A stretch of DNA of 63,394 nt, filler included. It is 7 parts of 7 records of this genome, joined end to end, with 100 filler letters (N's around TTAATTAATTAA, not from the genome) between each part and the next. Parts side by side here need not be neighbours in the genome. Positions count along the whole stretch, not along the records: positions 45,750 to 59,274 come from SRR20825010_69; positions 59,375 to 63,394 come from SRR20825010_107; 5 more parts are not named here. One strand, given 5' to 3'. The notes beneath the pieces are model-generated. The model saw only the letters and a list, made by a program, of their open reading frames with translations. It did no database searches and was not told the DNA's origin. The position numbers and the translations under genes were made by a program. Below, piece by piece: positions 50,580-61,834 of the stretch (positions within the stretch are counted from its first letter, which is position 1; the number at the start of each line of letters is the position of its first letter).

Positions 50580-51494
50580 TTAAAAGATAGACAATTTTGT
50601 TTTGGTTGTAAATTGTTCCAAAGCCTGCATGCCTAAATACGAATTTCCTTTTGGGTTTAAGGCTGGCGCCCAAGTTGCTATTGTAAAACAATGTGGTAAA
50701 AGTGCAACAATGCCACCGCCAACGCCACTTTTTCCGGGTAAACCAACTTCAAATGCAAATTCACCTGCTTCATCATAAAAGCCACAAGTAAGCATAATTG
50801 CGTTTATACGCTTTACTTGGCTAGAATTTAAGTGTTGAATATTTTTTAAGCACTTTCCTTTATTTGCAAATACGAAAAATGCATTTGTAAGTTGCTTGCA
50901 ATCCATCATAATTGAACATTGATGAAAATAAAAATCCAAAACGTCTTCAACTTTATTATTAAGATTGCCGTATGCTTTCAATAAATTTGCCGCAGCATAA
51001 TTATTAAAACCAGTGATTCGTTCAGATTCAGCTATTTTTTCATTGTATGAAACAGTGTCGTCATGCGTTAATGTTCTCACGAAATTTAAAAAATCGTCTT
51101 TTGGGTTTTTTAAATTTGAAAGCAAAACATCAGCAACTACAATGGCTCCCGAATTTATCAATGGGTTTCTAGGAATTCCGTTTTCAAGTTCTAAAAGCGA
51201 AAGATGATTGAATGGGTTTCCTGAAGGCTCAACGTCTACACGCTCCAAAAGGTTATTTCCAATCAATTGAAATGCCATTGCTAGGGAAAATACTTTTGAA
51301 ATACTTTGAATAGAAAACATTTCAGAAGCATCGCCAACAGCATAATTTTCGCCCGTAATTAGCTGTAAATGAATTCCAAGTTTTTCTTTGGAAATCGTAG
51401 CCAATTCTGGAATATAGCTGGCAATTTTCCCTGTATTCTCTACACTTTTTAGCGATGCATGTATTTCTTCTAAAATAGCTTGGTATTCCTGCAT
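50580..51494 (-). CDS. glsA: Glutaminase
   Basis: FSIQSISKV, EPSGNPFN, PRNPLINSGA and GLPGKSGVGGG motifs. Confidence 0.96.
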   Translation of the reverse strand: MQEYQAILEEIHASLKSVENTGKIASYIPELATISKEKLGIHLQLITGENYAVGDASEMFSIQSISKVFSLAMAFQLIGNNLLERVDVEPSGNPFNHLSLLELENGIPRNPLINSGAIVVADVLLSNLKNPKDDFLNFVRTLTHDDTVSYNEKIAESERITGFNNYAAANLLKAYGNLNNKVEDVLDFYFHQCSIMMDCKQLTNAFFVFANKGKCLKNIQHLNSSQVKRINAIMLTCGFYDEAGEFAFEVGLPGKSGVGGGIVALLPHCFTIATWAPALNPKGNSYLGMQALEQFTTKTKLSIF

Positions 51495-52576
51495 TAACCT
51501 TTATAAAATGGTGTTTTAACAATCGTTGCAGCTACAGGTTTGTTTCTAATTTGAATAAAAATTTCAGTGCCAGCTGTAGCATTTTCAATAGTTACATACC
51601 CCATTCCGATACCTTTGTTTAATGATGGCGCCATGGTTCCGCTGGTAACAATACCAATATTTTTACCGTCTTTATCTACAATCTCATAATCATGACGTGG
51701 TATTCCACGGTCATTTAGTTCAAAACCAATAAGTTTTCTTTTTACGCCATCTTCTTTCTGCATTTTTAGATTTTCTGAATTGGTGAACTCTTTTGTGAAT
51801 TTAGTAATCCATCCCAATCCAGCTTCTAAAGGTGAAGTAGTATCGTTTATATCATTTCCGTAAAGGCAAAAGCCCATTTCAAGTCGAAGTGTGTCACGTG
51901 CTGCAAGTCCAATTGGTTTAATTCCAAATTCTTTACCAGCTTCCATAACTTTATTCCAAACTTGCTCTACTTCATTGTTTTTGCAGTAAATTTCGAAACC
52001 ACCACTTCCTGTATATCCTGTTGCACTGATAATTACGTGCTCAATTCCTGCAAAATCTGAAACTTTAAAATTGTAAAACTTTATAGCGCTCAAATCTTCT
52101 GAGGTTAGTGATTGCATCGCTTCAATAGCTTTTGGTCCTTGAATTGCCAACAAAGAATAATCTTCAGAAAGATTTCTCATTGTAGCATTCATTGTATTTT
52201 TACTTTCAATCCAATCCCAATCCTTATCAATATTTGAAGCATTTACAACCAGCAAATATTCTTCATCTTTTAGTTTGTAGATAATTAAATCGTCTACAAT
52301 TCCACCAGTATCATTAGGAATACAACTGTATTGCGCCTGGCCATCCACAAGTTTTGAAGCATCATTGCTACTTACTTTCTGAATTAAATCGAGCGCGTTT
52401 GGGCCAGTTATTAAAAACTCTCCCATGTGCGAAACATCAAAAACACCAACGCTTTTTCGTACAGTTTCATGTTCAGCATTAACGCCTTCGTATGAAACAG
52501 GCATATTGTGACCTGCAAAAGGAACCATTTTGGCGCCCAGTTGTTCGTGTATATGTGTAAGTGCTGTGTTTTTCAT
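51494..52576 (-). CDS. gcvT: Glycine cleavage system T protein
   Basis: [22 protein letters not shown] and [11 protein letters not shown] motifs. Confidence 0.97.
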   Translation of the reverse strand: MKNTALTHIHEQLGAKMVPFAGHNMPVSYEGVNAEHETVRKSVGVFDVSHMGEFLITGPNALDLIQKVSSNDASKLVDGQAQYSCIPNDTGGIVDDLIIYKLKDEEYLLVVNASNIDKDWDWIESKNTMNATMRNLSEDYSLLAIQGPKAIEAMQSLTSEDLSAIKFYNFKVSDFAGIEHVIISATGYTGSGGFEIYCKNNEVEQVWNKVMEAGKEFGIKPIGLAARDTLRLEMGFCLYGNDINDTTSPLEAGLGWITKFTKEFTNSENLKMQKEDGVKRKLIGFELNDRGIPRHDYEIVDKDGKNIGIVTSGTMAPSLNKGIGMGYVTIENATAGTEIFIQIRNKPVAATIVKTPFYKG

Positions 52577-52793
52577 ATGATTTTGGTTTATTCGGAAATC
52601 TCTGCATTTTTTTCCAGAGATAAGATTCATGATTAGTTTTGTCTAATTTTTCAATAAAAATTTTCACAAATGTATTACAATACTTATAAAGGTAACGAGT
52701 ATTTTGAGTGATTATTTTCAATAATTTTCACGTTAAAATCATCTTAATCAACTGTGTTGTTCCTAATGTTTTCAATACTTTTAAAAGAAAAAA

Positions 52794-54155
52794 ATGACTG
52801 CAACCACATCAATTAACCCATATACTGGTGCGGAATTGAAATCCTATAAAAACCACACAGATAAAGAAGTTTCAAAACTTATTGATAAAGCGAATAAACA
52901 GTTTTATAAATGGCGAGAAACTTCGTTTTCTGAACGAAAAGAGTTAATGCTTTCAGTAGCTAAAGAGCTTGAAAACAATAAAATGGAATATGCTAAAACA
53001 ATGACTTTAGAGATGGGTAAACCAATTTCTCAAGCAATTGCGGAAGTAGAAAAATGTGCTTGGGTGTGCGAATACTATGCTGAAAATTCTGAAAAACAAC
53101 TTCAAAATGAAATAATTAAAACAGATGCGCACAAAAGTTATGTAAGTTATGAACCTTTGGGGGTTATTCTAGCCATTATGCCTTGGAATTATCCATTTTG
53201 GCAAGTTTTTCGTTTTGCTGCACCTGCACTAATGGCGGGTAATATAGCTGTTTTGAAACATGCTTCAAATGTATTTGGAAGTGCTTTGAATATTGAAAAA
53301 GTTTTTAAAAACGCTGGTTTCCCTGAAAATTGTTTCACCACATTGTTAGTTGGGAGCAAAGCAATTGAAGCAATTATTGAAAATGAATATATAAAAGCCA
53401 TAACATTAACAGGAAGTGGTCCTGCGGGAGCATCTGTAGCTTCAATTGCGGGAAAAAATTTCAAAAAAACAGTTTTGGAATTGGGCGGAAGCAATGCGTT
53501 GGTGGTGATGAAAGATTGTGATATGGATAAAACGATTAATACGTGTGTTCAAGCCCGTTTTCAAAATACGGGACAAAGTTGTATTGCTGGAAAAAGAGTA
53601 TTGGTTGACGAATCTATTGCTGAAGAATTTATATCGAAATTACTTGTAAAAGTGCATGAACTAAAAGCTGGCGATCCAATCAATGAAGAAACCTATGTTG
53701 GTGTTTTGGCACGAGAAGACCTTGCAAAAGATATTGAAAAACAAGTAAATGCCTCTATAAAAGCTGGTGCTAAACTTGAACTAGGAGGAAAGCGACAAGG
53801 AGCTTATTTTGAACCAACTGTACTTACAAATGTTACAGAAAAAATGCCCGTTTTTAATGAAGAAACTTTCGGTCCCGCATTATCCGTAACAACTTTTAAA
53901 ACAATAGAAGAAGCAGTGGCACTTTCCAATAATTCAAAATTTGGATTGGGAGTTTCACTTTTTACAAAAAATATTGCTTCGGCTGAAAAGCTTGCTTTTC
54001 AGTTTGATGAAGGCGCAGTTTTTATAAATGAATTGGTGAAAAGTGATCCACGATTACCTTTTGGAGGGATAAAACAAAGCGGTTATGGCCGTGAGTTGAG
54101 TGAACATGGTATTCGTGAATTTATGAATCGCAAAACAGTTTTCATTACTAAATAA
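52794..54155 (+). CDS. NAD(P)-dependent succinate-semialdehyde dehydrogenase
   Basis: IMPWNYPFWQ, LELGGS, GQSCIA, EETFGP and PFGGIKQSGYG motifs. Confidence 0.93.
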   Translation: MTATTSINPYTGAELKSYKNHTDKEVSKLIDKANKQFYKWRETSFSERKELMLSVAKELENNKMEYAKTMTLEMGKPISQAIAEVEKCAWVCEYYAENSEKQLQNEIIKTDAHKSYVSYEPLGVILAIMPWNYPFWQVFRFAAPALMAGNIAVLKHASNVFGSALNIEKVFKNAGFPENCFTTLLVGSKAIEAIIENEYIKAITLTGSGPAGASVASIAGKNFKKTVLELGGSNALVVMKDCDMDKTINTCVQARFQNTGQSCIAGKRVLVDESIAEEFISKLLVKVHELKAGDPINEETYVGVLAREDLAKDIEKQVNASIKAGAKLELGGKRQGAYFEPTVLTNVTEKMPVFNEETFGPALSVTTFKTIEEAVALSNNSKFGLGVSLFTKNIASAEKLAFQFDEGAVFINELVKSDPRLPFGGIKQSGYGRELSEHGIREFMNRKTVFITK

Positions 54156-54199
54156 CTACTTTTACATACTACAATATATTAAACCAAACCCACTTTTTA

Positions 54200-54589
54200 A
54201 TGAATTTTCACACACGTAAATGGATAAAGCCAGAAGATTTAAACCCAAACGAAACACTTTTCGGAGGAAGATTGTTAGAATGGATTGATGAAGAAGCTGC
54301 ACTTTATGCAATAATTCAGCTAGAAAACCCGCGAACAGTTACAAAGTTTATGAGCGAAATAAATTTTAGAAGCTCCGCAAAAAAAGGCGATATCATTGAA
54401 ATAGGACTTGAACCAACTGCTTTTGGTAGAACATCATTAACACTCGCTTGCGAAGTAAGAAACAAAATGACGCGTGAAGTTATCATTAGTATCGACAAAA
54501 TTATAATGGTGAGCTTGGATAGTGAAGGTAACCCAGCAGCACACGGAAAAACAGAAACTGAATACGTTAAAGATCGTTTAGGAAAATAA
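54200..54589 (+). CDS. Acyl-CoA thioesterase (hotdog)
   Basis: PEDLNPNETLFGGRLLEWIDE motif. Confidence 0.92.
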   Translation: MNFHTRKWIKPEDLNPNETLFGGRLLEWIDEEAALYAIIQLENPRTVTKFMSEINFRSSAKKGDIIEIGLEPTAFGRTSLTLACEVRNKMTREVIISIDKIIMVSLDSEGNPAAHGKTETEYVKDRLGK

Positions 54590-54591
54590 TT

Positions 54592-55854
54592 TTAAGCCAA
54601 AGCTTGGAGATCTTTCCCTGTAGGAAGTTCAAAAATTTCTAATCCAAAATAAGGGATCGAAGCTAATAAATGATCGAAAATATCTGCTTGAATATGTTCA
54701 TAATTCTCCCATCTTTTGTCATAACTAAAACAAAATATTTCAAGAGGAATTCCTTTATCAGTTGGTGCTAAGTGGCGAACCATTAAAAATAAGTCTTTGT
54801 TTATTGCTGAATTTTCATTCAAAAATGCATCCGCATAATGACGAAAAACCCCCAAATTTGTTTGGTTTCTTCCGTTTATCAATAAACCTTTATCTGCTTC
54901 ATTGGTTCGATTAAATTTATCTACATCTTTTTGGCGATGCTCCAAATAAGGTTTTATAAGTTGTATTTCTTTAAGTTTTTCAACATCTTCTACAGAAAGA
55001 AATTTGATTGAAGATTGCTTAATAAAGATAGAACGTTTAATTCTTCTACCTTTACTTTCTTGCATTCCACGCCAGTTTTGAAAAGAATCTGCAATCAAAC
55101 TATAGGTGGGAATTGTTGTAAAAGTATTATCAAAATTTTGAACACGAACGGTAGCGAGGTTTATTTCGGTAACATAGCCATCTGCTCCAAATTTGCTAAA
55201 GGTTATCCAATCGCCAATGCGAACAATATCATTCACCGAAACTTGAATACTTGCTACAAAACCAAGAATGGTGTCTTTAAAAATAAGTAGAATTACTGCG
55301 GAAGCTGCCCCCAACGTTGTAAGGCTAGCAACAGAAAATCCGGTAAGAAGTTGAATAATCAAGAAAATGCCAATTCCCCACGCAAAAATCATCATTACTT
55401 GCACGTAGCTTTCCATCGGTTTGTCTTTAAACCGTTCGTTTTCTTCAAGAAAATTACGTGTGCTTCGTAGAATACTTCTAAAAATATACACAAAGAGAAC
55501 TACAGATAAAACCTTAGTAGCAACCAATAAAAAATTGGTCATAAAAGGCGATTCAATAAATATGATTGGTACTAAATGCCATAAAATACCAAGCGGTAAA
55601 ATATGGGCTACAAACCTTGGAAAATTGCTTTTCACAAGATAATCATCGAATGTCGTTGTTGTTTTGTTGCTAAAAGCTTTAAAAGCTTCAACTATAAATT
55701 TTCTAAAAATTATATCAAGAATATAGATACAGACAAGAACAATAATGCAGTTTACAACTACATTAATAAATATTGCCCATTGCAAGTTCATTCCTTCACT
55801 AACAAGGTATTCTTGCAATATGCAGCTATATTTTTGAAGTAAATCTTCGTTCAT
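54592..55854 (-). CDS. MscS-family mechanosensitive channel (YbdG/MscM-like)
   Basis: FKDTILGFVASIQ, GDWI, NWRGMQESKGRRIKRS and TNLGVFR motifs. Confidence 0.93.
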   Translation of the reverse strand: MNEDLLQKYSCILQEYLVSEGMNLQWAIFINVVVNCIIVLVCIYILDIIFRKFIVEAFKAFSNKTTTTFDDYLVKSNFPRFVAHILPLGILWHLVPIIFIESPFMTNFLLVATKVLSVVLFVYIFRSILRSTRNFLEENERFKDKPMESYVQVMMIFAWGIGIFLIIQLLTGFSVASLTTLGAASAVILLIFKDTILGFVASIQVSVNDIVRIGDWITFSKFGADGYVTEINLATVRVQNFDNTFTTIPTYSLIADSFQNWRGMQESKGRRIKRSIFIKQSSIKFLSVEDVEKLKEIQLIKPYLEHRQKDVDKFNRTNEADKGLLINGRNQTNLGVFRHYADAFLNENSAINKDLFLMVRHLAPTDKGIPLEIFCFSYDKRWENYEHIQADIFDHLLASIPYFGLEIFELPTGKDLQALA

Positions 55855-56139
55855 TTATAGATATTTTTTTTCTACATAAAAAGGTCCAAAAGGAAGTATA
55901 GAACACATAACCACAATAAAAAGATCTATAATGGACCATTTCAATTTTCGGTACATGTATATGGCGCCACCAACATAAAGTACAAACAGTACACCATGTG
56001 CCATTCCTACAATTTGAACCATCTGAGGCATTTCCCAAATATACTTTAAAGGCATTGCTATTCCTAATAATACAAGAAATGAAATGGCTTCTAAGGTGCT
56101 AATTAATCTAAATATTCGTACTGAAATTTCCACAAGCAT
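55855..56139 (-). CDS. DUF3817 membrane protein
   Basis: LEAISFLVLLGIAMPLKY, GMAHGVLF and LPFGPF motifs. Confidence 0.9.
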   Translation of the reverse strand: MLVEISVRIFRLISTLEAISFLVLLGIAMPLKYIWEMPQMVQIVGMAHGVLFVLYVGGAIYMYRKLKWSIIDLFIVVMCSILPFGPFYVEKKYL

Positions 56140-56226
56140 ATTTTTTTTTGCAAAGATACACCATGCGTTGTTTAGGCCTATTTTTTATGAAATATTTTAG
56201 GAAAAATTTTAATTAAAAAAGAAGTT

Positions 56227-56841
56227 CTAATTACAATGTAAGGGAACATTTAAAGTTTTGTAGCTCCCATTTTTTCTATAGCTAAAATGCCACCATTCTG
56301 TGCGTATGGTATTAAACCCAACTTTTCGCATTCCTTCAAATAAAAGTTTTCTGTTTGCGAGTATTTCTTCTGAAAAATTATAGTTATCAATATGTGCTTC
56401 TCTTCCAAAATAATCATAATCGCTACCCATTTCAACATAACAACCATCTAGCGTTTCTAGGCTAATATCTACTGCCGCACCTTTATTGTGGATGGAGCCT
56501 TTACCATAAGGATTGCCTACATAGGTTGGGCGTGGAACTTTTTCCCACATTTTTTTTTGAACATCAAGCGGGCGGTAACAGTCATAAATTTTTATACGGT
56601 AGCCTTTTTCACAGAAGTATTGGTTGGCTTGCAAAAGTGCTTGAGCTACATCGGGGCGAAGCAAACATTTTGCGCAATCATAAAGTGTTTCTCCAATAAA
56701 ATTATTTGGCGTTGCGTAGCGAATTTCATAACTAAATTCGGTAGAAAGTTCTTCAAGATTTACGAGGGGTTCCTGAATTTTTTCTTCGGAAGAAACCTTA
56801 AAAAATAACAAACTGATAAAAAGTACTACCAACAATTTCAT
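56227..56841 (-). CDS. ddpX: D-Ala-D-Ala dipeptidase (M15D)
   Basis: YATPNNF, YDCYRP, SIHNKGAAVD and EWWHF motifs. Confidence 0.92.
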   Translation of the reverse strand: MKLLVVLFISLLFFKVSSEEKIQEPLVNLEELSTEFSYEIRYATPNNFIGETLYDCAKCLLRPDVAQALLQANQYFCEKGYRIKIYDCYRPLDVQKKMWEKVPRPTYVGNPYGKGSIHNKGAAVDISLETLDGCYVEMGSDYDYFGREAHIDNYNFSEEILANRKLLFEGMRKVGFNTIRTEWWHFSYRKNGSYKTLNVPLHCN

Positions 56842-56909
56842 AATTCAAATTTAAGTAGAATTTAATAACATTCGGAATCGGTATTTGTAACTTTGAAAAA
56901 AATAAAATA

Positions 56910-57632
56910 ATGAATGATTTAGGAACAAAATCCGCATTAGTAACTGGCGGAACAAAAGGAATAGGTTATGGAATTGCAGCAGCTTTGCTAAAAGTAGGCA
57001 TAAATGTGGCCATAACTGGAAGAACAAAAGAAACTGCAGAAGCAGCAGCGAAACAATTAAACGCAAATAGCAACGACAGTGCGTTTGCAATAGGGTTGGA
57101 GGCAGATGTTCGTAATTTTGAAAGCCAACAAAATGTAGTAAATATTGCAGTAGAGAAATTTGGAAGGTTAGATATTGTAATTGCAAATGCTGGATTGGGT
57201 CATTTTGGTTCTGTTGAAGAACTTAGTATTGAGCAATGGCAAGAAACAATAGATACAAATCTTTCGGGGCCGTTTTATTCTTTGAAAGCAAGTTTAGATC
57301 AGTTGAAAAAAAATAAAGGATACTTTATTAGTATTTCAAGTTTGGCGGGAACAAATTTTTTTAAAGGAGGAAGTGCTTATAATGCTAGTAAATTTGGACT
57401 TACAGGGTTCACACAAGCTGCTATGCTTGATTTGAGAAATTACGGAATAAAGGTTTCTACAATAATGCCGGGTTCAGTTTCAACACATTTTAATGGAAAT
57501 GAACCAGATAGTAACGATGCTTGGAAAATCCAAAAAGAAGATATTGGAAAACTAGTTATAGATTTATTAAAAATGAATCCACGTACCCTACCTAGTAAAA
57601 TTGAGGTACGACCAACGATGCCTCCATCATAG
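56910..57632 (+). CDS. SDR family oxidoreductase
   Basis: TGGTKGIG, ANAG and YNASK motifs. Confidence 0.94.
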   Translation: MNDLGTKSALVTGGTKGIGYGIAAALLKVGINVAITGRTKETAEAAAKQLNANSNDSAFAIGLEADVRNFESQQNVVNIAVEKFGRLDIVIANAGLGHFGSVEELSIEQWQETIDTNLSGPFYSLKASLDQLKKNKGYFISISSLAGTNFFKGGSAYNASKFGLTGFTQAAMLDLRNYGIKVSTIMPGSVSTHFNGNEPDSNDAWKIQKEDIGKLVIDLLKMNPRTLPSKIEVRPTMPPS

Positions 57633-57647
57633 TTTCGTTGTATAACA

Positions 57648-57687
57648 ATATAAAAAAGACTGTCTGAAAAGACAGTCTTTTTTATAT
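57648..57687. terminator. Bidirectional terminator
   Basis: ATATAAAAAAGACTGTC-TGAAAA-GACAGTCTTTTTTATAT. Confidence 0.85.
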
Positions 57688-57711
57688 GGAAAAATCTCTA
57701 GGAAATTTACA

Positions 57712-59274
57712 TCATTCTATTATTTGTTTCACCTCACCACAGGTTAACATGGCATCGCCAAAATAAGGATTGATAACTTTTTTTTCTGTACTTAACCAAT
57801 AAGCGCCTTTGTTATTATTTGCCATTGGGCAGAATTGATGAAATACTTTTTCATTAATCCCAAAAACTTCAATTGCAGTTGTTAAGTGAGTTGAAAGCTG
57901 TTTAAAATGATTTCTTTGTTTTGCAATTTCTGAAGTATTCAAAATAGAAGTTGCCGCCGTTTTTATATCCCTTTCAATGTTCATCCAGTGCTTATGAACT
58001 TCTGTATCTGTTAATAAGTTTACATCTACTTTGGTTAGGTTATTTATGAGGTTTTTAGAAAATTGAGTAGCATCTTTTGAATTTTCTTGAACCAATGCAT
58101 CTTTTAAGTTGATATAGTCATTAAATACTTTTTTCAATTGGTTTTGAAAATCACGCGACACTTGAACTCTTTCATTACTATTAAATGATTTTTTATTATT
58201 TGTTGAAATAGAACTCTCCATTCCTAAATGGCCTTCATGCCCCGTTGAAACTTTGCCCCCATCTTTATTCATCATCGATTTTTTGCCTTGTAATTGAGCT
58301 GCTGCATCAACTGTAAAAGTGCCGTTGGTTACTATTTCATCACCATTATTTAAGCCTTTTAAAACCTGGTAATTTTCACCAATTTTAGTGCCTAGTTTTA
58401 TTTCACGCATTTCAAAAATAGCATCATTTGGGTTTGTTTTTACATACACCACAGAGCGTTCACCAGTCCATAAAACTGCTGTTGAAGGTATTGACAACAC
58501 TTGATTTTCGGTTGATGAAATTTCTTTAATATTTCCTTCTACAAACATTCCTGGTTTAAAAACATTTTCTTTATTAGTTAGCACCACTCTTAGTTTTACG
58601 GTTCTAGTTTTGGTGTCTAAAACAGGGTCTATAAAATCTACTTTCCCCTTAAACTCTTGGTTTGTATATGCATTGGTAGTTATGGTAATATCTTGCCCTT
58701 TTTTAAACAAGCTGATTTGATTTTCGTATACATCAAAATTTGCCCAAACTGTTGAAAGATCTGAAACTTTAAAAATGGGCTTCCCATCCATAATATGCGC
58801 GCCTTCACTCACTGCTATTTCTGTAACCACACCCGAAACGTGTGAGTAAATTGTAAAACTCGTCTTAACATTACCTGTTTTAACAACTTCATCTAATTGA
58901 GACCCATGGATTTTCCAATTTTTAAACTTATTTTGTACTGCTTGGTAAAGCTGTGGTTGGGTTTCTCTTAAGCTGTAAGTCGTAATTAGTTCTTGTTGTG
59001 CAGCTATCAAATCGGCAGAATAAATTTGCGCAACAGCTTGCCCTTTAGTTACTTTTTCGCCTAAAGATTTCACGTATAATTTTTCTATTCTTCCATCAAA
59101 ATGAGCAGGTTGTATGGCCGAATTATCTTCATTTTCTACAATTTTACCTGATAATTTAATAGCGTTATCTTCTACTTTACCTTTTCCAACAATGGAAGTT
59201 TGAATGTTTGCTAATGCCATCGCGTTTTTGGTAAGCTTGAATTGGTCAGCGGTTAAACCATCTGCGCTACTCTC
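57712..59274 (-). CDS. CusB-like RND periplasmic adaptor with DUF3347 domain (5' truncated)
   Basis: GRIEKLYV, DLSTVW, FIDP...TRTVK, KPGMF, and C-terminal FCPMA...GAYWLS...NPYFGDAMLTCG. Confidence 0.9.
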   Translation of the reverse strand, partial: ESSADGLTADQFKLTKNAMALANIQTSIVGKGKVEDNAIKLSGKIVENEDNSAIQPAHFDGRIEKLYVKSLGEKVTKGQAVAQIYSADLIAAQQELITTYSLRETQPQLYQAVQNKFKNWKIHGSQLDEVVKTGNVKTSFTIYSHVSGVVTEIAVSEGAHIMDGKPIFKVSDLSTVWANFDVYENQISLFKKGQDITITTNAYTNQEFKGKVDFIDPVLDTKTRTVKLRVVLTNKENVFKPGMFVEGNIKEISSTENQVLSIPSTAVLWTGERSVVYVKTNPNDAIFEMREIKLGTKIGENYQVLKGLNNGDEIVTNGTFTVDAAAQLQGKKSMMNKDGGKVSTGHEGHLGMESSISTNNKKSFNSNERVQVSRDFQNQLKKVFNDYINLKDALVQENSKDATQFSKNLINNLTKVDVNLLTDTEVHKHWMNIERDIKTAATSILNTSEIAKQRNHFKQLSTHLTTAIEVFGINEKVFHQFCPMANNNKGAYWLSTEKKVINPYFGDAMLTCGEVKQIIE

Positions 59275-59374
59275 NNNNNNNNNNNNNNNNNNNNNNNNNN
59301 NNNNNNNNNNNNNNNNNNTTAATTAATTAANNNNNNNNNNNNNNNNNNNNNNNNNNNNNNNNNNNNNNNNNNNN
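59275..59374. other. Artificial contig linker
   Basis: N44-TTAATTAATTAA-N44. Confidence 0.99.
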
Positions 59375-59480
59375 TTGGCAAACATCTATGTGTTATATTA
59401 GGACCGCCACCAAAGTTCATTTCCCGAACAAGTACCGATCAGTTGATCATGTAGAACAGCTTTTTTTGACACCAGCGGCT

Positions 59481-61334
59481 CTATCTTTGACTTCTGATAA
59501 AGTTGGTACAGGCCTCAAAATCATCGAATATTTGATTTTCCGGAATCAATGATGGAATCAAATCGACCCGCTCCATCATATATTTGGGTTGCTCGAGGAC
59601 ATGTACAAAGAGTACCGTGATAGCTTTATTTTTAAGTTCTATCAATATGTCCTCAAGGGTATATAGCCCCGATTGGTCCAAATACTGCATCCGGTCCATT
59701 CGTATGACCACCATGGAGGCGGTTTTCGGTATTTGTTTGGCCAATTGTTGAAACTCGCTTGTAGACCCAAAAAACAAAGGTCCGTTCAAGTGTTTGATAA
59801 AAACCTCCTTTTTGAGATCCTCTGGAAAGTTCGCTTCATCCGCCCAACCCTTTTCTTCCAGTAAGGTCTTGACATCCGATTGCCTGGCCGTTAAGTCCCC
59901 CATTTTTTTCATGAACATCAGGGAGGCGATTACCAATCCGATACCCACGGCGTAGACCAAATTCCAAACGGAGGCCAAGACCATGACCACCAACATGACC
60001 ACCACCTCGGAACTGATCTTCAAAGGTCCGAATTTGACATCTCTGGGCAGATACGGTATGGCCCTGAGCCCCTTGTAGTCGATTACCCCAATCCCCACGG
60101 TAACCAGGATGCCGGCAAGAACGGCGGCCGGTATTTTGGAAGCGATGGGCCCTAAGGCCAACAATACGACAAGCAACAGGATTCCCGCAATCATACCCGA
60201 TAATCTGGTCTTACCACCGGCATTGATATTGACTACAGTACGGATGGTCGCCCCCGCTCCGGGGATACCCCCAAAAATGGCCGCTATACTGTTACCGATG
60301 CCCTGCCCCATCAATTCCTTGTTGGGCTTATGCTGTGTTTTGGTCATATTGTCCGCGACCACAGAGGTCAATAGCGAATCTATGGCTCCCAAAAGTGCCA
60401 GGGTCAAGGCTGTAAAAATATAGGGTGTTATCGAATTTAATTTGAATTCACTGAAGATGTCCAAATGGGGAACGGGAAAACCGCTGGGTATTTGTGGGAT
60501 GGGCCTGTAATCCAAGCCTATCCCATAGGCCGCCCCTGAAACGACCAACAATGCGACCAATGCACTGGGAATGGCGCTAGTGATTCTTTTAAAGCCATAG
60601 ATGATCACAATGGTAGCCAGGGCCAGGGCAAATTCCAACCAATCGATCCGTTGCAGGGCCATTGGCAAAACCTTGATTGTACCGATGACCCCGGAAGCAT
60701 CTTTATTGGCCAAGGTCCGGGCCTCTTTCAGGATATTTTCCTCAGATGCCTCCCCCGCCCTGTCCAGGGTTTCTTGAAAATCCTCAAGCACCAGTATTCC
60801 CCCATTCGATTCTTCATTAAGGATATCCCTGAGGATAACCTCTTTCGCCCGAGGTCTGAATCGGTCCACAAATGCTTCATCTTCCGTTGGGTAATAGCCC
60901 ATGGAAGGCAACAGCTGGGTAACAAGGATGATTACACCAATGGCCGTCATAAAGCCTGAAACCACAGGATACGGAATATAGCGAACATATTTTCCAAGTC
61001 CTGCAAGGCCCAATAGGATTTGTAACAACCCTGCCAATAGAAATACCGATAAAATGGCTGGCAATGCCTTCTCCAGATTACCATCGTTCATGGCCACGAT
61101 ACCGGCAACCACGACCATGCCAACAGCGGTCATAGGTGCCGTTGGACCGGATATCTGAGTATTGGTGCCACCGAACAAGGCAGCGAAAAAACTGATGAAA
61201 ATGGCACCGTACAAACCGGCACTGGGACCCAAACCCGAGCTGACACCAAAGGCCAGGGCCAAGGGCAGGGCGACAATGCCTGCCGTGATACCACCAAAAA
61301 GGTCTCCTTTAAATTTGGAAAAAAAGTGCTTCAT
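59481..61334 (-). CDS. SulP/SLC26 anion transporter with STAS domain
   Basis: GITAGIVALPLALAFG, QISGPT, GAIDSLLT, GAGATIRT and GPLFFG motifs. Confidence 0.95.
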   Translation of the reverse strand: MKHFFSKFKGDLFGGITAGIVALPLALAFGVSSGLGPSAGLYGAIFISFFAALFGGTNTQISGPTAPMTAVGMVVVAGIVAMNDGNLEKALPAILSVFLLAGLLQILLGLAGLGKYVRYIPYPVVSGFMTAIGVIILVTQLLPSMGYYPTEDEAFVDRFRPRAKEVILRDILNEESNGGILVLEDFQETLDRAGEASEENILKEARTLANKDASGVIGTIKVLPMALQRIDWLEFALALATIVIIYGFKRITSAIPSALVALLVVSGAAYGIGLDYRPIPQIPSGFPVPHLDIFSEFKLNSITPYIFTALTLALLGAIDSLLTSVVADNMTKTQHKPNKELMGQGIGNSIAAIFGGIPGAGATIRTVVNINAGGKTRLSGMIAGILLLVVLLALGPIASKIPAAVLAGILVTVGIGVIDYKGLRAIPYLPRDVKFGPLKISSEVVVMLVVMVLASVWNLVYAVGIGLVIASLMFMKKMGDLTARQSDVKTLLEEKGWADEANFPEDLKKEVFIKHLNGPLFFGSTSEFQQLAKQIPKTASMVVIRMDRMQYLDQSGLYTLEDILIELKNKAITVLFVHVLEQPKYMMERVDLIPSLIPENQIFDDFEACTNFIRSQR

Positions 61335-61444
61335 AAAAATGTTGATTGTTTACTTATGTCCCATGCTCGGTTACTTTAGAACAGCGTATTCTCAGCGATC
61401 TTCACATATGCTCTAACCACCGATCGATCCTTGTATTGAGGTTT

Positions 61445-61834
61445 TCAGTTGAAACGTTCCAAGATTTTCGAGAACAGCAACAACTTGATCTGTGAATAGC
61501 TTTTTATATGGCCCATATAACCATCTCGGTTTTTCTCATGGGTGTTGAGATAATAGGCATCACATTCCATGGTATCGCATTCGATGGCATTCAACATGGT
61601 ACGTTCATAGCGGTACAATGTTCCCAACCGAAGTTGATTATCCCTTTGGATCGCCAAAAGCCGTTGGTTCATGGACGGATCCCCCAACAACCTTTTTTCC
61701 AATTGGATCAAGTACTGCAGTTCTTCATTGACTCCTTCCATGGTCTCTGTCCAATTGGTGATTTCCAATTTGTCCTTTTTACTGATGATCCGGCTTATGG
61801 ATTCATGAAAATAGGGGCGGTTGACGGATTTCAT
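61445..61834 (-). CDS. Hypothetical protein (129 aa)
   Basis: Helical ORF with an ECDTMECD motif, overlapping the upstream gene by ATGA. Confidence 0.75.
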   Translation of the reverse strand: MKSVNRPYFHESISRIISKKDKLEITNWTETMEGVNEELQYLIQLEKRLLGDPSMNQRLLAIQRDNQLRLGTLYRYERTMLNAIECDTMECDAYYLNTHEKNRDGYMGHIKSYSQIKLLLFSKILERFN